Source: an uncultured virus (IMG/VR IMGVR_UViG_3300017739_000002)
Taxonomy: Duplodnaviria > Heunggongvirae > Uroviricota > Caudoviricetes
Strand: one strand, 5' to 3'
IMG/VR virus record: IMGVR_UViG_3300017739_000002
Length of the DNA stretch: 64,000 nucleotides
Shown here: positions 47,264-57,555 of the stretch, piece by piece
Numbering within the stretch: position 1 is the first letter of the stretch
How the letters are laid out: every line of letters starts with the position of its first letter
Made by a program: the position numbers and the translations under genes
Notes under the pieces: generated by a model
Databases searched by the model: none
The model's input: the letters and a program-made list of their open reading frames with translations, nothing else
Told to the model about the DNA's origin: nothing

Positions 47264-49025
47264 CTACTATCTCTACCTCTGTGTTAAACGTTGTAAAGCC
47301 GTTTTCTTTTGTAACCTGTAGTACACTATTAACACGACCAACAAGTTCATCACGATGAGAGATAAGCAGAATATTTTTATGTCTATCACGTTCCATCTTC
47401 TTCAATACACCTAACGCACTTTCAACGCCAATGGTATCCATACCACTGTCAACTAGTTCGTCAATACATACAAGATTAATAGGATGATTCATACTTTCAA
47501 ATACATCACGGAATGCCCAACTAAGTCCTAATATAAGTCTGTTGCGTTCACCACGTGATAAGTTGTCAAAATCTAAATCCTGTCCTAACTGTACAATACT
47601 AACTGTTAAGTCACTTTGGAACTGCACCTCATGTGGCAGTCCTAGTCTAGTTATATAGTACTCAAGACGTGTGTTTAAAAACTGTAGATTTTGTTCAATA
47701 ATACGTCTACGAATAAAACTGTCTTTGCTGGTTAGTAGTTTTAACAAAAAGTCCTGATGATCTTTCAGTTCTGTTAATCTGTTAGCTTCTGTCCAGTCTA
47801 TGTTTTGTAAGCCAGTTTCTTTTAAACTTTGTATTTGATCCTCATAAGGATCATCTGCATTCTCTTTTTCTTGAATACTGCTTTCTAACGCTCCTAGTTT
47901 TGTTTGATGCTCGTATGCTTCACTTAATGTATCGTAGTGTAGTGTAGGGGCATCGCCCAATTCACCTAGTTCATTTAAGGCGCTCTTATATTCATTTAGC
48001 ATTTCGCTCTCAGAAGCAAGATGCCTTACCGATTCTTCTACTAATTCTGTCTTTTGAGCAATCATTTTCTCATGTTGCTCGTCATGAATCTCTTGTCCAC
48101 ATGCATAACACTTATGATCTAGTGTAGTATCCAAGTCTGCTTGTGCTTTGTCTTTACGTTTTTGTTCACGTTGAATGCTTGTGTCTAGTCTAGCAATTTC
48201 ACTATTAAGTGTTTCAATTTGTGTACGTTTGTTATTAAATTCTTCAAACAATGCATGTGCTTGTATTTCAGCATCAATATCTACTTGTTGTAGTGTAAGT
48301 AAGTCTGTCTGTAAGTCCTTGATATCATTGACTTTTTTATCAGCCCATACTTTTTTACGTCTTTCCATATCTTTAATACTATTTGCAATGCGTTCATTTG
48401 CTTCCTCATTAGCACGGATACGGTGTGTTTCTTCTTGTATTGCGTCTTTTGTGTTACGTACACGCTCTTTAAGTATTTCAGCCTTTTCACTAAGTTGTGT
48501 AATACCCAGTAGTTGCTCAATCATATCCTTCTGATCGTTTGCCCTCATACTTAGGAAAGGTTCTGTGTATGTATTAAGTGCAACAATATGTTTGAACATG
48601 TTGTGCGTCATACCAAGTATATTCTCAATTACTGCTTGGCTTTCTCTACCTTCACCCTGCATTTCATCTGTGTTTGCTTGATCAGTATTATTAACCATGA
48701 ACTTAAACACATTGGGTTTACGTCCACGTTCAATTTTATATGCTATACCATCTTTCTCAAAGTCAACAGTAACCATCATTTGTTTGTTGTTGGTTTTGTT
48801 TACCAAGTTATCTTTACGAATATTATATAGTGCATTGCCATATAACGCATAACTTAATGCGTTAATGATTGTTGTTTTTCCTGTGCCATTACGAGATCCA
48901 TCACCACCCAGATCCATATTATTACCTAACACAAGTGTCAGTCCAGCATGATCAAATGTTACAGCCTGTGTAACATTACCCACACTCATAAAGTTTTTTA
49001 CAGTGATATTTTTTATGTTTAGCAT
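47256..49025 (-). CDS. gp46: Recombination endonuclease ATPase subunit (Rad50/SbcC-like)
   Basis: KNFMSVGN, NGTGKTT Walker A, CYACGQ zinc hook, LSRGE signature, IDELVDSGMD Walker B/D-loop, ISH. Confidence 0.96.
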   Translation of the reverse strand: MLNIKNITVKNFMSVGNVTQAVTFDHAGLTLVLGNNMDLGGDGSRNGTGKTTIINALSYALYGNALYNIRKDNLVNKTNNKQMMVTVDFEKDGIAYKIERGRKPNVFKFMVNNTDQANTDEMQGEGRESQAVIENILGMTHNMFKHIVALNTYTEPFLSMRANDQKDMIEQLLGITQLSEKAEILKERVRNTKDAIQEETHRIRANEEANERIANSIKDMERRKKVWADKKVNDIKDLQTDLLTLQQVDIDAEIQAHALFEEFNNKRTQIETLNSEIARLDTSIQREQKRKDKAQADLDTTLDHKCYACGQEIHDEQHEKMIAQKTELVEESVRHLASESEMLNEYKSALNELGELGDAPTLHYDTLSEAYEHQTKLGALESSIQEKENADDPYEDQIQSLKETGLQNIDWTEANRLTELKDHQDFLLKLLTSKDSFIRRRIIEQNLQFLNTRLEYYITRLGLPHEVQFQSDLTVSIVQLGQDLDFDNLSRGERNRLILGLSWAFRDVFESMNHPINLVCIDELVDSGMDTIGVESALGVLKKMERDRHKNILLISHRDELVGRVNSVLQVTKENGFTTFNTEVEIVDA

Positions 49026-50044
49026 TATAGACTATTATATATTTCTATTAGTTGGGAGTTTTTGATTGTAGGAGAATCAATTGCTTGTAGTTGGTTTAGT
49101 ACAATTTGATCTACGTTTTCAACTTGTATATCATTATTTGTATTCCAATCTGTAGCATGTTCTTCTTTCTTTGCTGGCATGAGTGCAATCTCACGCAAGT
49201 CATACTGTTGTGCAAACGTTTCTTTAATATAGTTTGCTTCTTCATATGTAATACCTACATCAAGTGTTACCCTACAGTGTGTTTTACTTGATAGTATTTT
49301 TTCAGGATTGTCAATAAGTTTACTTAAAGGTATTGTTCTATACTTTGGTGCATCTGGCCATTGTACAAATTCAGGTTGTCCTCCCCATTCTAAAAACATA
49401 AGACCACGTTCATCGTCCCATGCATCTGAGTAATTGTGTGGGAAGGCATTGCCTGTGTAAATGACGTTGCCATCTTGCTGTCGTTTGTGGAAGTGTCCGG
49501 AAAATACAAATTCTGGTTTTCTGAGATCATCAGCTTTTAGCCCATGTCCTAGATCAGGCATTTGTACCATTGCGTTCATATAGAACGAGGGGAGTTCAAA
49601 ATGGCCAAACATGTATCGACATTCCACATGTTTTAATTTTTTCCATTCATCATCAACTAACCACGGCACTATGGCAACGTCGTCTTTGACAAGTATATCA
49701 TCTGTAACAACATGAATATTATCATATTCATCTGCCATTGGAATACTATGGATCTCTCGCTTCTCACGATAATATAAATCGTGATTACCCATAATCATAT
49801 ATACTTCGTCAAAACTTTCACTCAACCGACGTAAGTTACTTACTGTATAGTTGAGTGTAGATACATTGATTGTCGCCCTATGATGATGCCAATCTCCCAT
49901 GAATATACACTTACGTATACCACGTTCATGGGCCTGGTTAATCATCCATATAATAAAATCTTCACAGTCTTTGTTATGAAAGCGACTATTATTCTTCATA
50001 CCAAAGTGAATGTCTGTAAAGACCACTACTTTATCGAATAGCAA
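49025..50044 (-). CDS. gp47: Recombination endonuclease nuclease subunit (Mre11/SbcD-like)
   Basis: DIHFG, GDW, GNHD, GHFE, SGHFH phosphoesterase motifs. Confidence 0.96.
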   Translation of the reverse strand: MLFDKVVVFTDIHFGMKNNSRFHNKDCEDFIIWMINQAHERGIRKCIFMGDWHHHRATINVSTLNYTVSNLRRLSESFDEVYMIMGNHDLYYREKREIHSIPMADEYDNIHVVTDDILVKDDVAIVPWLVDDEWKKLKHVECRYMFGHFELPSFYMNAMVQMPDLGHGLKADDLRKPEFVFSGHFHKRQQDGNVIYTGNAFPHNYSDAWDDERGLMFLEWGGQPEFVQWPDAPKYRTIPLSKLIDNPEKILSSKTHCRVTLDVGITYEEANYIKETFAQQYDLREIALMPAKKEEHATDWNTNNDIQVENVDQIVLNQLQAIDSPTIKNSQLIEIYNSL

Positions 50045-50047
50045 ATC

Positions 50048-50884
50048 TTATTCCTTATTTGGGTTTGTGGCTTGCCTTGCTTCCCACTCTGCATTAAATG
50101 TTCGTGTAAAACTAGGGTTAAGTCCTTCTTCTTCTAATAAGTCGTCTCTGATGTTTTGATTACGTTTTTCTAAATTGAGAACACGGGTAAAACTGTTATT
50201 AACAGCCGCCGTATAATATGCAAATGGGTTTTGACTCTTAGCTTCGTTAAATTGTAATCCAATTTGACTTAACTGAAGAATAGCCTGCCCACGCATCTCA
50301 TCCACATACGTATATCCACGCCAGTTACCACGCATACTGTATCTATGGCATAGCATTAGATACATTTTTGCTAACTTATCGTTTGTCTTACCATGTGTAA
50401 CACAGAAATGACCATCTGTCAAGTCTCCTTTCCAGTGGCTCCGTACTACTTCTTTCCAGTTATTACCAACAAGTGCATAATGCTTAAATGGTGGGAAGTT
50501 TACCTTTGTATGGTGATCTGCCTCGGTTTTGGGTGTGTTCTTCCTATCTTCTCTAGGAATATGTTCATATGTATTGACTCTCATTACAAGTTCTTTTTCA
50601 GTAATTGTATTAGGGTCAATAGCAAATTCAGCGGCTCTTGGTTTACGTTTTTTATCCCATAATCCCTTCTCCCACTGTAATACTGCTTCTTCATGTGCTA
50701 ATTTTTGTAATCTTGATGCTCTATTCTGTTTTGCTTCTTCAATTCTATCGTTTGTTATTTCTTCAACATTATCTAATATTAAATCATAAAAATAATAATT
50801 GTCATCATCACAGTAGCAATAGGTCATCTTAGACTTGTGTATTTCTAACAACATGTCTCTATTGTTTAGGTAATTTCTTGCCAT
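50048..50884 (-). CDS. gp55: Late-transcription sigma factor
   Basis: YLNNRDML N-terminus; NWRGYTYVDEM...F...KSQNPFAYYT....NSF.R....EK; adjacent to gp47 as in T4-like phages. Confidence 0.9.
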   Translation of the reverse strand: MARNYLNNRDMLLEIHKSKMTYCYCDDDNYYFYDLILDNVEEITNDRIEEAKQNRASRLQKLAHEEAVLQWEKGLWDKKRKPRAAEFAIDPNTITEKELVMRVNTYEHIPREDRKNTPKTEADHHTKVNFPPFKHYALVGNNWKEVVRSHWKGDLTDGHFCVTHGKTNDKLAKMYLMLCHRYSMRGNWRGYTYVDEMRGQAILQLSQIGLQFNEAKSQNPFAYYTAAVNNSFTRVLNLEKRNQNIRDDLLEEEGLNPSFTRTFNAEWEARQATNPNKE

Positions 50885-50910
50885 TGCTATTCCTTATCTG
50901 TACACCTTAC

Positions 50911-50961
50911 ATTGTATACGCTAAGTTATTGATTGTCAAGCACTTTTCTTGAGTATAAATA
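50911..50961. promoter_or_regulatory. Back-to-back promoters: sigma70 leftward (gp55 operon), late rightward
   Basis: Minus TTGACA (50939..50934)-17 nt-TACAAT (50916..50911); plus TATAAATA 50954..50961. Confidence 0.82.
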
Positions 50962-50978
50962 CAATATAGGAGAACGAA

Positions 50979-51587
50979 ATGCGATATTCCGATTTATTAA
51001 CCGAAGCAACCACAAATCGTGTCACTGTTTTTTATGGTGGTAGATTTCAACCCATGCATAAAGGACATTTTGCATTATACCAGAGTTTAGCACAACGCTT
51101 TGGTGCTGACAATGTATTTATCGCCTCCACTTTTGGGCAAAAGCAACAGGCTATGCATAAGTCTGGTGACTTTACTACTGATCCTTTTACGTTTGAAGAA
51201 AAGGCAAGTATTGCAAATGAAATGTTTGGTATTCCAACTGACAAGTTTGTAAACACACTACCTTATAGACCTGAACAGGTAAAAGTAGGGAGAAGTGATT
51301 CAGAATATGCATTAGTACTTGCATTTAGTGAAAAAGACGCAGGACGTCTTAAATCTGGAGGTGTACTTGCACCATTACCAGATGACACAAGCAAATTACA
51401 GACACCAGATGAGAATCGTGTATACTTTGTAACAATGCCAGTAAATGAAGGTGGCATGAGTGCAACAGATTTTCGTCAAACAATGGCAAGTGAAAAACCT
51501 GAAGCAGAAAAGAAAAAAGTGTTCCAAGCGTTTTTTGGTCAAATGAATGAACGTGTATTTAAGTTTATTGAAAATAGGTTAACATAA
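50979..51587 (+). CDS. HxGH nucleotidyltransferase (cytidylyltransferase-like)
   Basis: GGRFQPMHKGH, PFTFEEK, GMSAT motifs. Confidence 0.8.
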   Translation: MRYSDLLTEATTNRVTVFYGGRFQPMHKGHFALYQSLAQRFGADNVFIASTFGQKQQAMHKSGDFTTDPFTFEEKASIANEMFGIPTDKFVNTLPYRPEQVKVGRSDSEYALVLAFSEKDAGRLKSGGVLAPLPDDTSKLQTPDENRVYFVTMPVNEGGMSATDFRQTMASEKPEAEKKKVFQAFFGQMNERVFKFIENRLT

Positions 51588-53479
51588 TGGCAGATACATA
51601 TCCTCAGGGTAAAACCACCGTAACTAAGAAAAAGGTAGTAGGTACTATTTCAGGCCTTAACATGTACACTGTTAAGAAAGAAGATCCTGCGTACCGTGAT
51701 ATAAAAGCCAAATTAGTTGCTAAAAGATTAAAACGTTCAGGTATTGATGTACGTACAAAAGATAATCCTGATGGCAGAATGATTCCAACAGGATATACAA
51801 CACGAGGCGATATTCGTCTAGTAGATTCCCAAAACACATCACCTGACTATCCTGACGGTAAGCCATATGATTATCCAAAAAGCCGTAGTATTCCTGGACA
51901 CAGTTATCTTAAAAGAAGGCGTGATGAAGGCTATATTGACACTGTTGCCACAGGTAGATATAGATCCGGAATCATCGAAGGAACAATTGAACCTGTTGAA
52001 TCAGCCAAAGGATCTACCTATAATGTAGAGAAAAAAGAAGTTTCAGTAGAAGTAGAGGTGAAGAATACAGGTGCCGCAAAAACTGACCAACGTGGCGGAC
52101 AAGGCACAAGTGATGATAATAAGGATGCTATAGCCGCCGCAGAAGAAGAAAATGCTATAGCAAGTGGAAGTTCACTTGATGGTTCAGGTGGAGCACACAT
52201 ACCTTCTGGAGGAATTACTCCAAGACAACAGGACGCACTTTCTGGTAGAGGAGAATTTGCTCCTGACTCAGAATTTGAAGCACCACCAGGCTCACAGTAC
52301 GAATCGCAAATCGATGTAGAAAAGGATCCGAATAGAGCACCAGTATTGGTGTTTAATGAACTTGATGAGGCGGGCCAAAGAATACCTAATACAGGTGGCA
52401 TTAAATATCTCACAAAAGAAGAGGCGATAAAATTAAATGAAGAAGGTTTAATTAAAGACAGTTTACTTGAAGATCATATAAAAATAATTGATGCTCAGAA
52501 CAAACTAGCTGATAAAGGTGAGTTTCCATTTGATAGAGAGAAATATATTATTACACCTGATGGTAAATTAATACCTAAGAACAATGTATCTAAAGATGCA
52601 GATGGTAATTATAGAGATATTACAACTGGCAGTGCATTCACAGGATTCGATGGTGAAAATGTCACTAAAGAAGAAGTAACAAATCAACCAAGAGGACCAA
52701 GAGTAAAACAAAGTATTGCTGGTGTACCTGGAGAACATAAAGTTAGACTATATACAAAAAATCCTTCATGGTTAGAAAAAACATTAGAAACATTAAAAAA
52801 GACTGGCAACGGAATTGTATTTCCATATACGCCAACAATAAACGTCAATCATAGTGCAAACTATGGAACATATGATATTAATCAAAGCGTTGAACAACCA
52901 CACTTTTATAGTATGACTCCTAATGTGTCACTTCAGCTGACTGCTGTATTCACAGCAAACACTCTAACAGAAGCAGAGTATATGCTTGCATGTATGCATT
53001 TTTTACGCACAGCAACTAAGAGCGATTTCGGGGCATATAACAATGGACTTAGAAGAACTGATGCAGGCACACCGCCTCCCGTTCTAGTTTTTAATGGTTA
53101 TGGAACAGAAATGTTTAACAATATTCCTGTAATTGTTAGAAGTGTAAACTTTACTTTACCTGAAGATGTAGATTACGTTTCAATACAAACACAAGCGGCA
53201 CAATTTTTGGAAGGTGGATTTGTAGACGTAACTAACCTAGATGCAAATGGTAATAATATACAAAATGAATTACAAACTCAGGATAATGCCGGTGGCGATA
53301 TAACTGAATCTTTTGAAAAACAACCAGACGTTAATATTCCAGCTGAGTCATCAACAGTACCAACAAGTATATTGTTTAGTATTGACCTTGCACCACAGCA
53401 TCCACCTGGCCAGTTACGTGACGAGTGGAACTTTAAAGACTATGCGTCAGGAGACTTATTGAGGAAAGGTTATATCTAA
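51587..53479 (+). CDS. Baseplate tube-initiator (gp48/gp54-like) with long N-terminal extension
   Basis: C-terminal IVFPYTPTI...HFLRTATK...PPPVLVFNGYG...NIPVIVRSVNFTLPEDVDY tube-fold domain, followed by a gp53-like gene. Confidence 0.65.
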   Translation: MADTYPQGKTTVTKKKVVGTISGLNMYTVKKEDPAYRDIKAKLVAKRLKRSGIDVRTKDNPDGRMIPTGYTTRGDIRLVDSQNTSPDYPDGKPYDYPKSRSIPGHSYLKRRRDEGYIDTVATGRYRSGIIEGTIEPVESAKGSTYNVEKKEVSVEVEVKNTGAAKTDQRGGQGTSDDNKDAIAAAEEENAIASGSSLDGSGGAHIPSGGITPRQQDALSGRGEFAPDSEFEAPPGSQYESQIDVEKDPNRAPVLVFNELDEAGQRIPNTGGIKYLTKEEAIKLNEEGLIKDSLLEDHIKIIDAQNKLADKGEFPFDREKYIITPDGKLIPKNNVSKDADGNYRDITTGSAFTGFDGENVTKEEVTNQPRGPRVKQSIAGVPGEHKVRLYTKNPSWLEKTLETLKKTGNGIVFPYTPTINVNHSANYGTYDINQSVEQPHFYSMTPNVSLQLTAVFTANTLTEAEYMLACMHFLRTATKSDFGAYNNGLRRTDAGTPPPVLVFNGYGTEMFNNIPVIVRSVNFTLPEDVDYVSIQTQAAQFLEGGFVDVTNLDANGNNIQNELQTQDNAGGDITESFEKQPDVNIPAESSTVPTSILFSIDLAPQHPPGQLRDEWNFKDYASGDLLRKGYI

Positions 53480-53766
53480 TGACAACAATTTATAGACCTG
53501 ATAGTAATTTCAGAAATAACAGAATTGTTAATGGTAAATATCTCAGTATAACAGATGAACTTGTTTCTAACAAAGCAGATGTAGTTACAAGCCCTCTGAT
53601 TGTTGAAGCAAAATACGACCAAAGACCAGATGTTCTAGCAAACGATCTTTATGGAAATTCAAGACTTTGGTGGGTGTTTGCAGAATTTAATCAAGACAAA
53701 TTAGTTGATCCTATCCTAGATCTAAAAGCAGGTATGGAACTTCAAGTTCCAGAAAAATTCTCATAA
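53479..53766 (+). CDS. gp53: Baseplate wedge LysM-like protein
   Basis: RPDVLANDLYGNSRLWWVFAEFN...DP..DL..G..L.VP. Confidence 0.85.
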   Translation: MTTIYRPDSNFRNNRIVNGKYLSITDELVSNKADVVTSPLIVEAKYDQRPDVLANDLYGNSRLWWVFAEFNQDKLVDPILDLKAGMELQVPEKFS

Positions 53767-55613
53767 TGTACAAAACAAATATAAATGGAAATTGGAACAG
53801 TAGTGTTAACCTTGCTGGATATAAACTTACGTTATATCTTGTTAAGAAACCATTGTGGAATTCACCAGATGCTCTTGCTAACGATAGTGGATCTATCCAA
53901 AAAGGTGATGCAATTATTATTGCAGAGACTGGTGCAACTACAGTTTTTAGTATAGACAATGTAAACCTAACAACATTTATTAGAGGTGGACAAAAGAACG
54001 TAGATGCATCTACGGGTGTTGTACAGTTTCAATTACAAGAAGTATTAGGATTTAATTTTCTTGATAAAATTTTAGCAGTATCATCTATATTTGGATTTTC
54101 TACAATAGCAAGTGCAAATTATGTATTAAAGGTAGAGTTTGTAGGTAGAGATCCTGAAACTGATTTACGTGTGCAGTATCCTAATATTTTCCTTTATAGT
54201 TTAGTATTTCAGGAGATACAAGCAAGTGTTTCTGAATCAGGAACAACATATGATATAATTGCACTTAACAATCAACGTATGGCAAAATATCAATCAAGTG
54301 TTTATACAAATGTTGAAATTCAAGATTTCACTACCGTTGCAGATTTTATTAAAGCAACAGAACGTGCATGTAACAAATATGAAGAAGACATGAGCAAGCA
54401 GGATCAAGGTAATCCACAGCCAAGAAAGCATTGGAAAATTAAATTAGCACCTGAACTTGCTGGTATTGAACGAGAAGCCGTAACTGCTGACACTCGTGTT
54501 GATCATGGATTGAGAGTAGCGGCTGGTATGGCCCGCTCATCAGTAGCATCAATAAACTTAGCAGAGAGTCCAATGCAAGGTACAGGTGATACTGGTACTG
54601 CTACAAAAATGACACAAAATGAAAAAGGTACTCGTGATGCTATTATAAATCAAAACACAAACGTTGCTGATTATTTAGAAGTTATGATTACACGAAACAG
54701 TCCAGTGTTTAATCAGTATTCAGCAAAACAGAAAAAATTAATTGGACAGGTACCAATAATTAGAGCAAGTACAGAAGTAAAACAACTTGACAAGAATGAT
54801 CCTAGAACTAACACTCCAGAAGTTGAGATTACAATTACAGTAGGTTTATTCAGAGATTCAACACACCCTGATGTAGACGCAAAGAAACAAGAAGAACACA
54901 TTACAAATAAACAAAAACAGCAGACTTATGCTTCAGCAATATCTGAGAGTATTGTTAAAAAATACTTTTGGTTATACTCAGGACAAAATACTGAAGTCAT
55001 GGGTTTTGATCTAAATGTAAATAACACATTTTTTATTGCACAAGATCCTAACCAAGGACAAAATTATCCTGAAACAAGTCAAATGAAAGTGCCTAGTCAA
55101 CCACTTCGTGCAACAACTATTGCACCTGGACAACGTGCATTCCTAAGTCAAATAGAAGTAGATCGTATTCCTATTGAACGTGTACAGTATGGTGTTGAAG
55201 CAACAGGTAGTAAAGCACAGAATACAAATGAAGAAACTGGTACTGCATTAGATGCGATGCATGATAGAAATATGGCAAGGCGTGAAGAAGACTTCTTAAA
55301 TATGACATTAGAAATTAAAGGTGATCCATTCTGGATGGGTACAGGTACTACTATCTCAGGTACTGAAGTACAACTCCAGGACTTACAAAACTCTACAATC
55401 TATATTGCCTTTCTAACTTATAGACCAGAAGAAAGTGTTGCATATACAGAAAATCAAAGAAGAGGTGGGTTGGATACTGCGGCAAGTGGAATATATGAAG
55501 TTTTTAAAGCAGATCAAAAATTAGCAGGCGGACAGTTTACACAGACGTTATCATGTATTAGGAATAGAAACTTTAGTACATACCTAATGCAAAATGAACT
55601 GGAGAATTTATAA
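53766..55613 (+). CDS. Baseplate hub protein (gp27-like)
   Basis: Between gp53 and gp5; C-terminal LEIKGDPFW...SGIYEV......GGQFTQTL. Confidence 0.65.
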   Translation: MYKTNINGNWNSSVNLAGYKLTLYLVKKPLWNSPDALANDSGSIQKGDAIIIAETGATTVFSIDNVNLTTFIRGGQKNVDASTGVVQFQLQEVLGFNFLDKILAVSSIFGFSTIASANYVLKVEFVGRDPETDLRVQYPNIFLYSLVFQEIQASVSESGTTYDIIALNNQRMAKYQSSVYTNVEIQDFTTVADFIKATERACNKYEEDMSKQDQGNPQPRKHWKIKLAPELAGIEREAVTADTRVDHGLRVAAGMARSSVASINLAESPMQGTGDTGTATKMTQNEKGTRDAIINQNTNVADYLEVMITRNSPVFNQYSAKQKKLIGQVPIIRASTEVKQLDKNDPRTNTPEVEITITVGLFRDSTHPDVDAKKQEEHITNKQKQQTYASAISESIVKKYFWLYSGQNTEVMGFDLNVNNTFFIAQDPNQGQNYPETSQMKVPSQPLRATTIAPGQRAFLSQIEVDRIPIERVQYGVEATGSKAQNTNEETGTALDAMHDRNMARREEDFLNMTLEIKGDPFWMGTGTTISGTEVQLQDLQNSTIYIAFLTYRPEESVAYTENQRRGGLDTAASGIYEVFKADQKLAGGQFTQTLSCIRNRNFSTYLMQNELENL

Positions 55614-56830
55614 TGGCATATCAAAGTACAAATAGTAGAACACCTGAGAAAGTTAAACAGGGTGGACTTGGTGGAGTTAATCTTCTAAACGGTGTATATG
55701 TTGGCACAGTAGTTGCCAATGATGATTCAATTTACACTGGTAGAATTAAAGTACACTTTCCTGAATTTGGTTCAGGTGGTGCGCCATATCATGTTTTATT
55801 AGTTACACCATTTGGAGGTTACACAAGTCCTAAAGAAGCAAGTGGTGATCCAACACAGTATGGTGCAGATGAGTCAGTAGAGGGTGGTGCTCCAAAAAGT
55901 TACGGCATGTGGCCACAACCACCGGCTATAGGTACAGAAGTTATATGTGCATTTACATCAAGACATAATGTTGGATACCTCTTAGGAAGTGCTATAGGTA
56001 TTGATAGAAACCATATGATGGGCGGTAAAGCAAGTGCATTAAACTATGCACAACAAGGCACCATTTTACCAGTATCTGAAAAAAATCCTTATGATCAAAA
56101 CGATCCAGATACTAAACCAGCTGATCCAACAGGAAGCCAAAAACTAATTGATCAAGGATTAGAAAACGACTTTGTACGTGGACATAGTATGAGCAGTGCA
56201 AGACGTGAGTCACCTAGTAGAGTTTTCGGACTTACAACATCTGATGGCCATGTTATTTCAATGGACGATGGTGATGCAGAAGGTAATAGTAAAAATATTA
56301 GAATACGCACCAGAGGCGGAGCCCAAGTATTAATGGATGATGCAACACAAATTGTATTCATTACAAATCATAATGGTAATGCATATATTGAAATGGACGC
56401 TGATGGTAGAATAGATGTATATAGTCAAAAAGATATAAGTTATCATGCTGAAGGTGATTTTAATCTTCATGCTAAAGGTAATATTAACATGCAGGCAGAC
56501 AACGGTGTACAAATTAAAAGTATTGGTGCAGACGGAATTAAAGTTGAAGCAACTGCTGGCGACTATGATTTATTTGCCGCTAAAGATTTTAAATTTGAAG
56601 CAGGACAAAATGGAAATATGATTGCGGCCGGTAACTATAAAGAACAGGCAGGACGTATTGATATGAATGGTCCTGCACCAACACCAGCAACTAAAATTGA
56701 AATGAATCAATTAGTTGAAAACACAAATGTACTTGAAAGTGCAGGTACTAGAGTGCCAGAGCACCATCCGTGGAAAGGTGCTACAGGAGTACAAGAGAAA
56801 TTTAATGTTGCAAAAGGTAATACAAACTAA
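55613..56830 (+). CDS. gp5: Baseplate central spike, gp5/VgrG-like OB-fold plus beta-helix
   Basis: GTVVANDD...GRIKV..P, P.IGTEV...F, GH.I.MDD, IRIRTRGG, beta-helix repeats; no internal lysozyme domain. Confidence 0.85.
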   Translation: MAYQSTNSRTPEKVKQGGLGGVNLLNGVYVGTVVANDDSIYTGRIKVHFPEFGSGGAPYHVLLVTPFGGYTSPKEASGDPTQYGADESVEGGAPKSYGMWPQPPAIGTEVICAFTSRHNVGYLLGSAIGIDRNHMMGGKASALNYAQQGTILPVSEKNPYDQNDPDTKPADPTGSQKLIDQGLENDFVRGHSMSSARRESPSRVFGLTTSDGHVISMDDGDAEGNSKNIRIRTRGGAQVLMDDATQIVFITNHNGNAYIEMDADGRIDVYSQKDISYHAEGDFNLHAKGNINMQADNGVQIKSIGADGIKVEATAGDYDLFAAKDFKFEAGQNGNMIAAGNYKEQAGRIDMNGPAPTPATKIEMNQLVENTNVLESAGTRVPEHHPWKGATGVQEKFNVAKGNTN

Positions 56831-57555
56831 TGGAATTTAAACTCTCTTCAATACTTACAGAACAGGATCTAATAGAATTTGACTTATACACAAAAAAGTC
56901 TGAGTCAATGGTTGATGATCTTAAGGATTTAAAAAACCTTGAAGCAAGTTCACAACTTATTAATTTTTTAATCCGAGAACAGGAATGGCAAGGATATCAA
57001 TATGGCAGTGGACTTGTAATTGGATATGGTACATCAGAAAAAATTAATGATATTGGACTTACAGAATCTGAAGCGTTTAGTTTTTGGATAGATAAATTTA
57101 AGTTCACAGAAAGAAAATTTAAAGGTATACTTGGAAACATTTCTCAGTTGACACAGACACAATATGATGCTATGCTTAGTTTATATTATCACACTGGAGA
57201 TATTTTTAGTGTAGGAACAGCATCACGCAAGTTTCAAATACAACAATACATTGAAACAAGACAATGGCAATGGTATGCTTCTGCACTAATATTAAGTGGC
57301 TTTCAACGCAACATTAGGCAGGGTGAAGCCAAGATAATGATGCTTGGTGATTACGGTAGAAATAAAGATAGAAGTATAATTAAGGCTGAGGGTATTCAAA
57401 AGATAAGACAATTATATCCTAACAGATTTATAAACGACATAGCAAAAGAACAAGCAGAGTATGTTTACTATGCAGAAACCAAAAGGTTTCTGCCCAAAAT
57501 GACACAAACAAGAATGAGGCGTATAGTGGCACTATACCAGGAGAACAATGCCTAA
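56830..57555 (+). CDS. GH24 lysozyme-like baseplate protein
   Basis: S.QLINFLIRE.E...IGYG...LTESEA...LTQTQYDAMLSLYY..G...R..EA pattern of phage lysozymes. Confidence 0.65.
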   Translation: MEFKLSSILTEQDLIEFDLYTKKSESMVDDLKDLKNLEASSQLINFLIREQEWQGYQYGSGLVIGYGTSEKINDIGLTESEAFSFWIDKFKFTERKFKGILGNISQLTQTQYDAMLSLYYHTGDIFSVGTASRKFQIQQYIETRQWQWYASALILSGFQRNIRQGEAKIMMLGDYGRNKDRSIIKAEGIQKIRQLYPNRFINDIAKEQAEYVYYAETKRFLPKMTQTRMRRIVALYQENNA

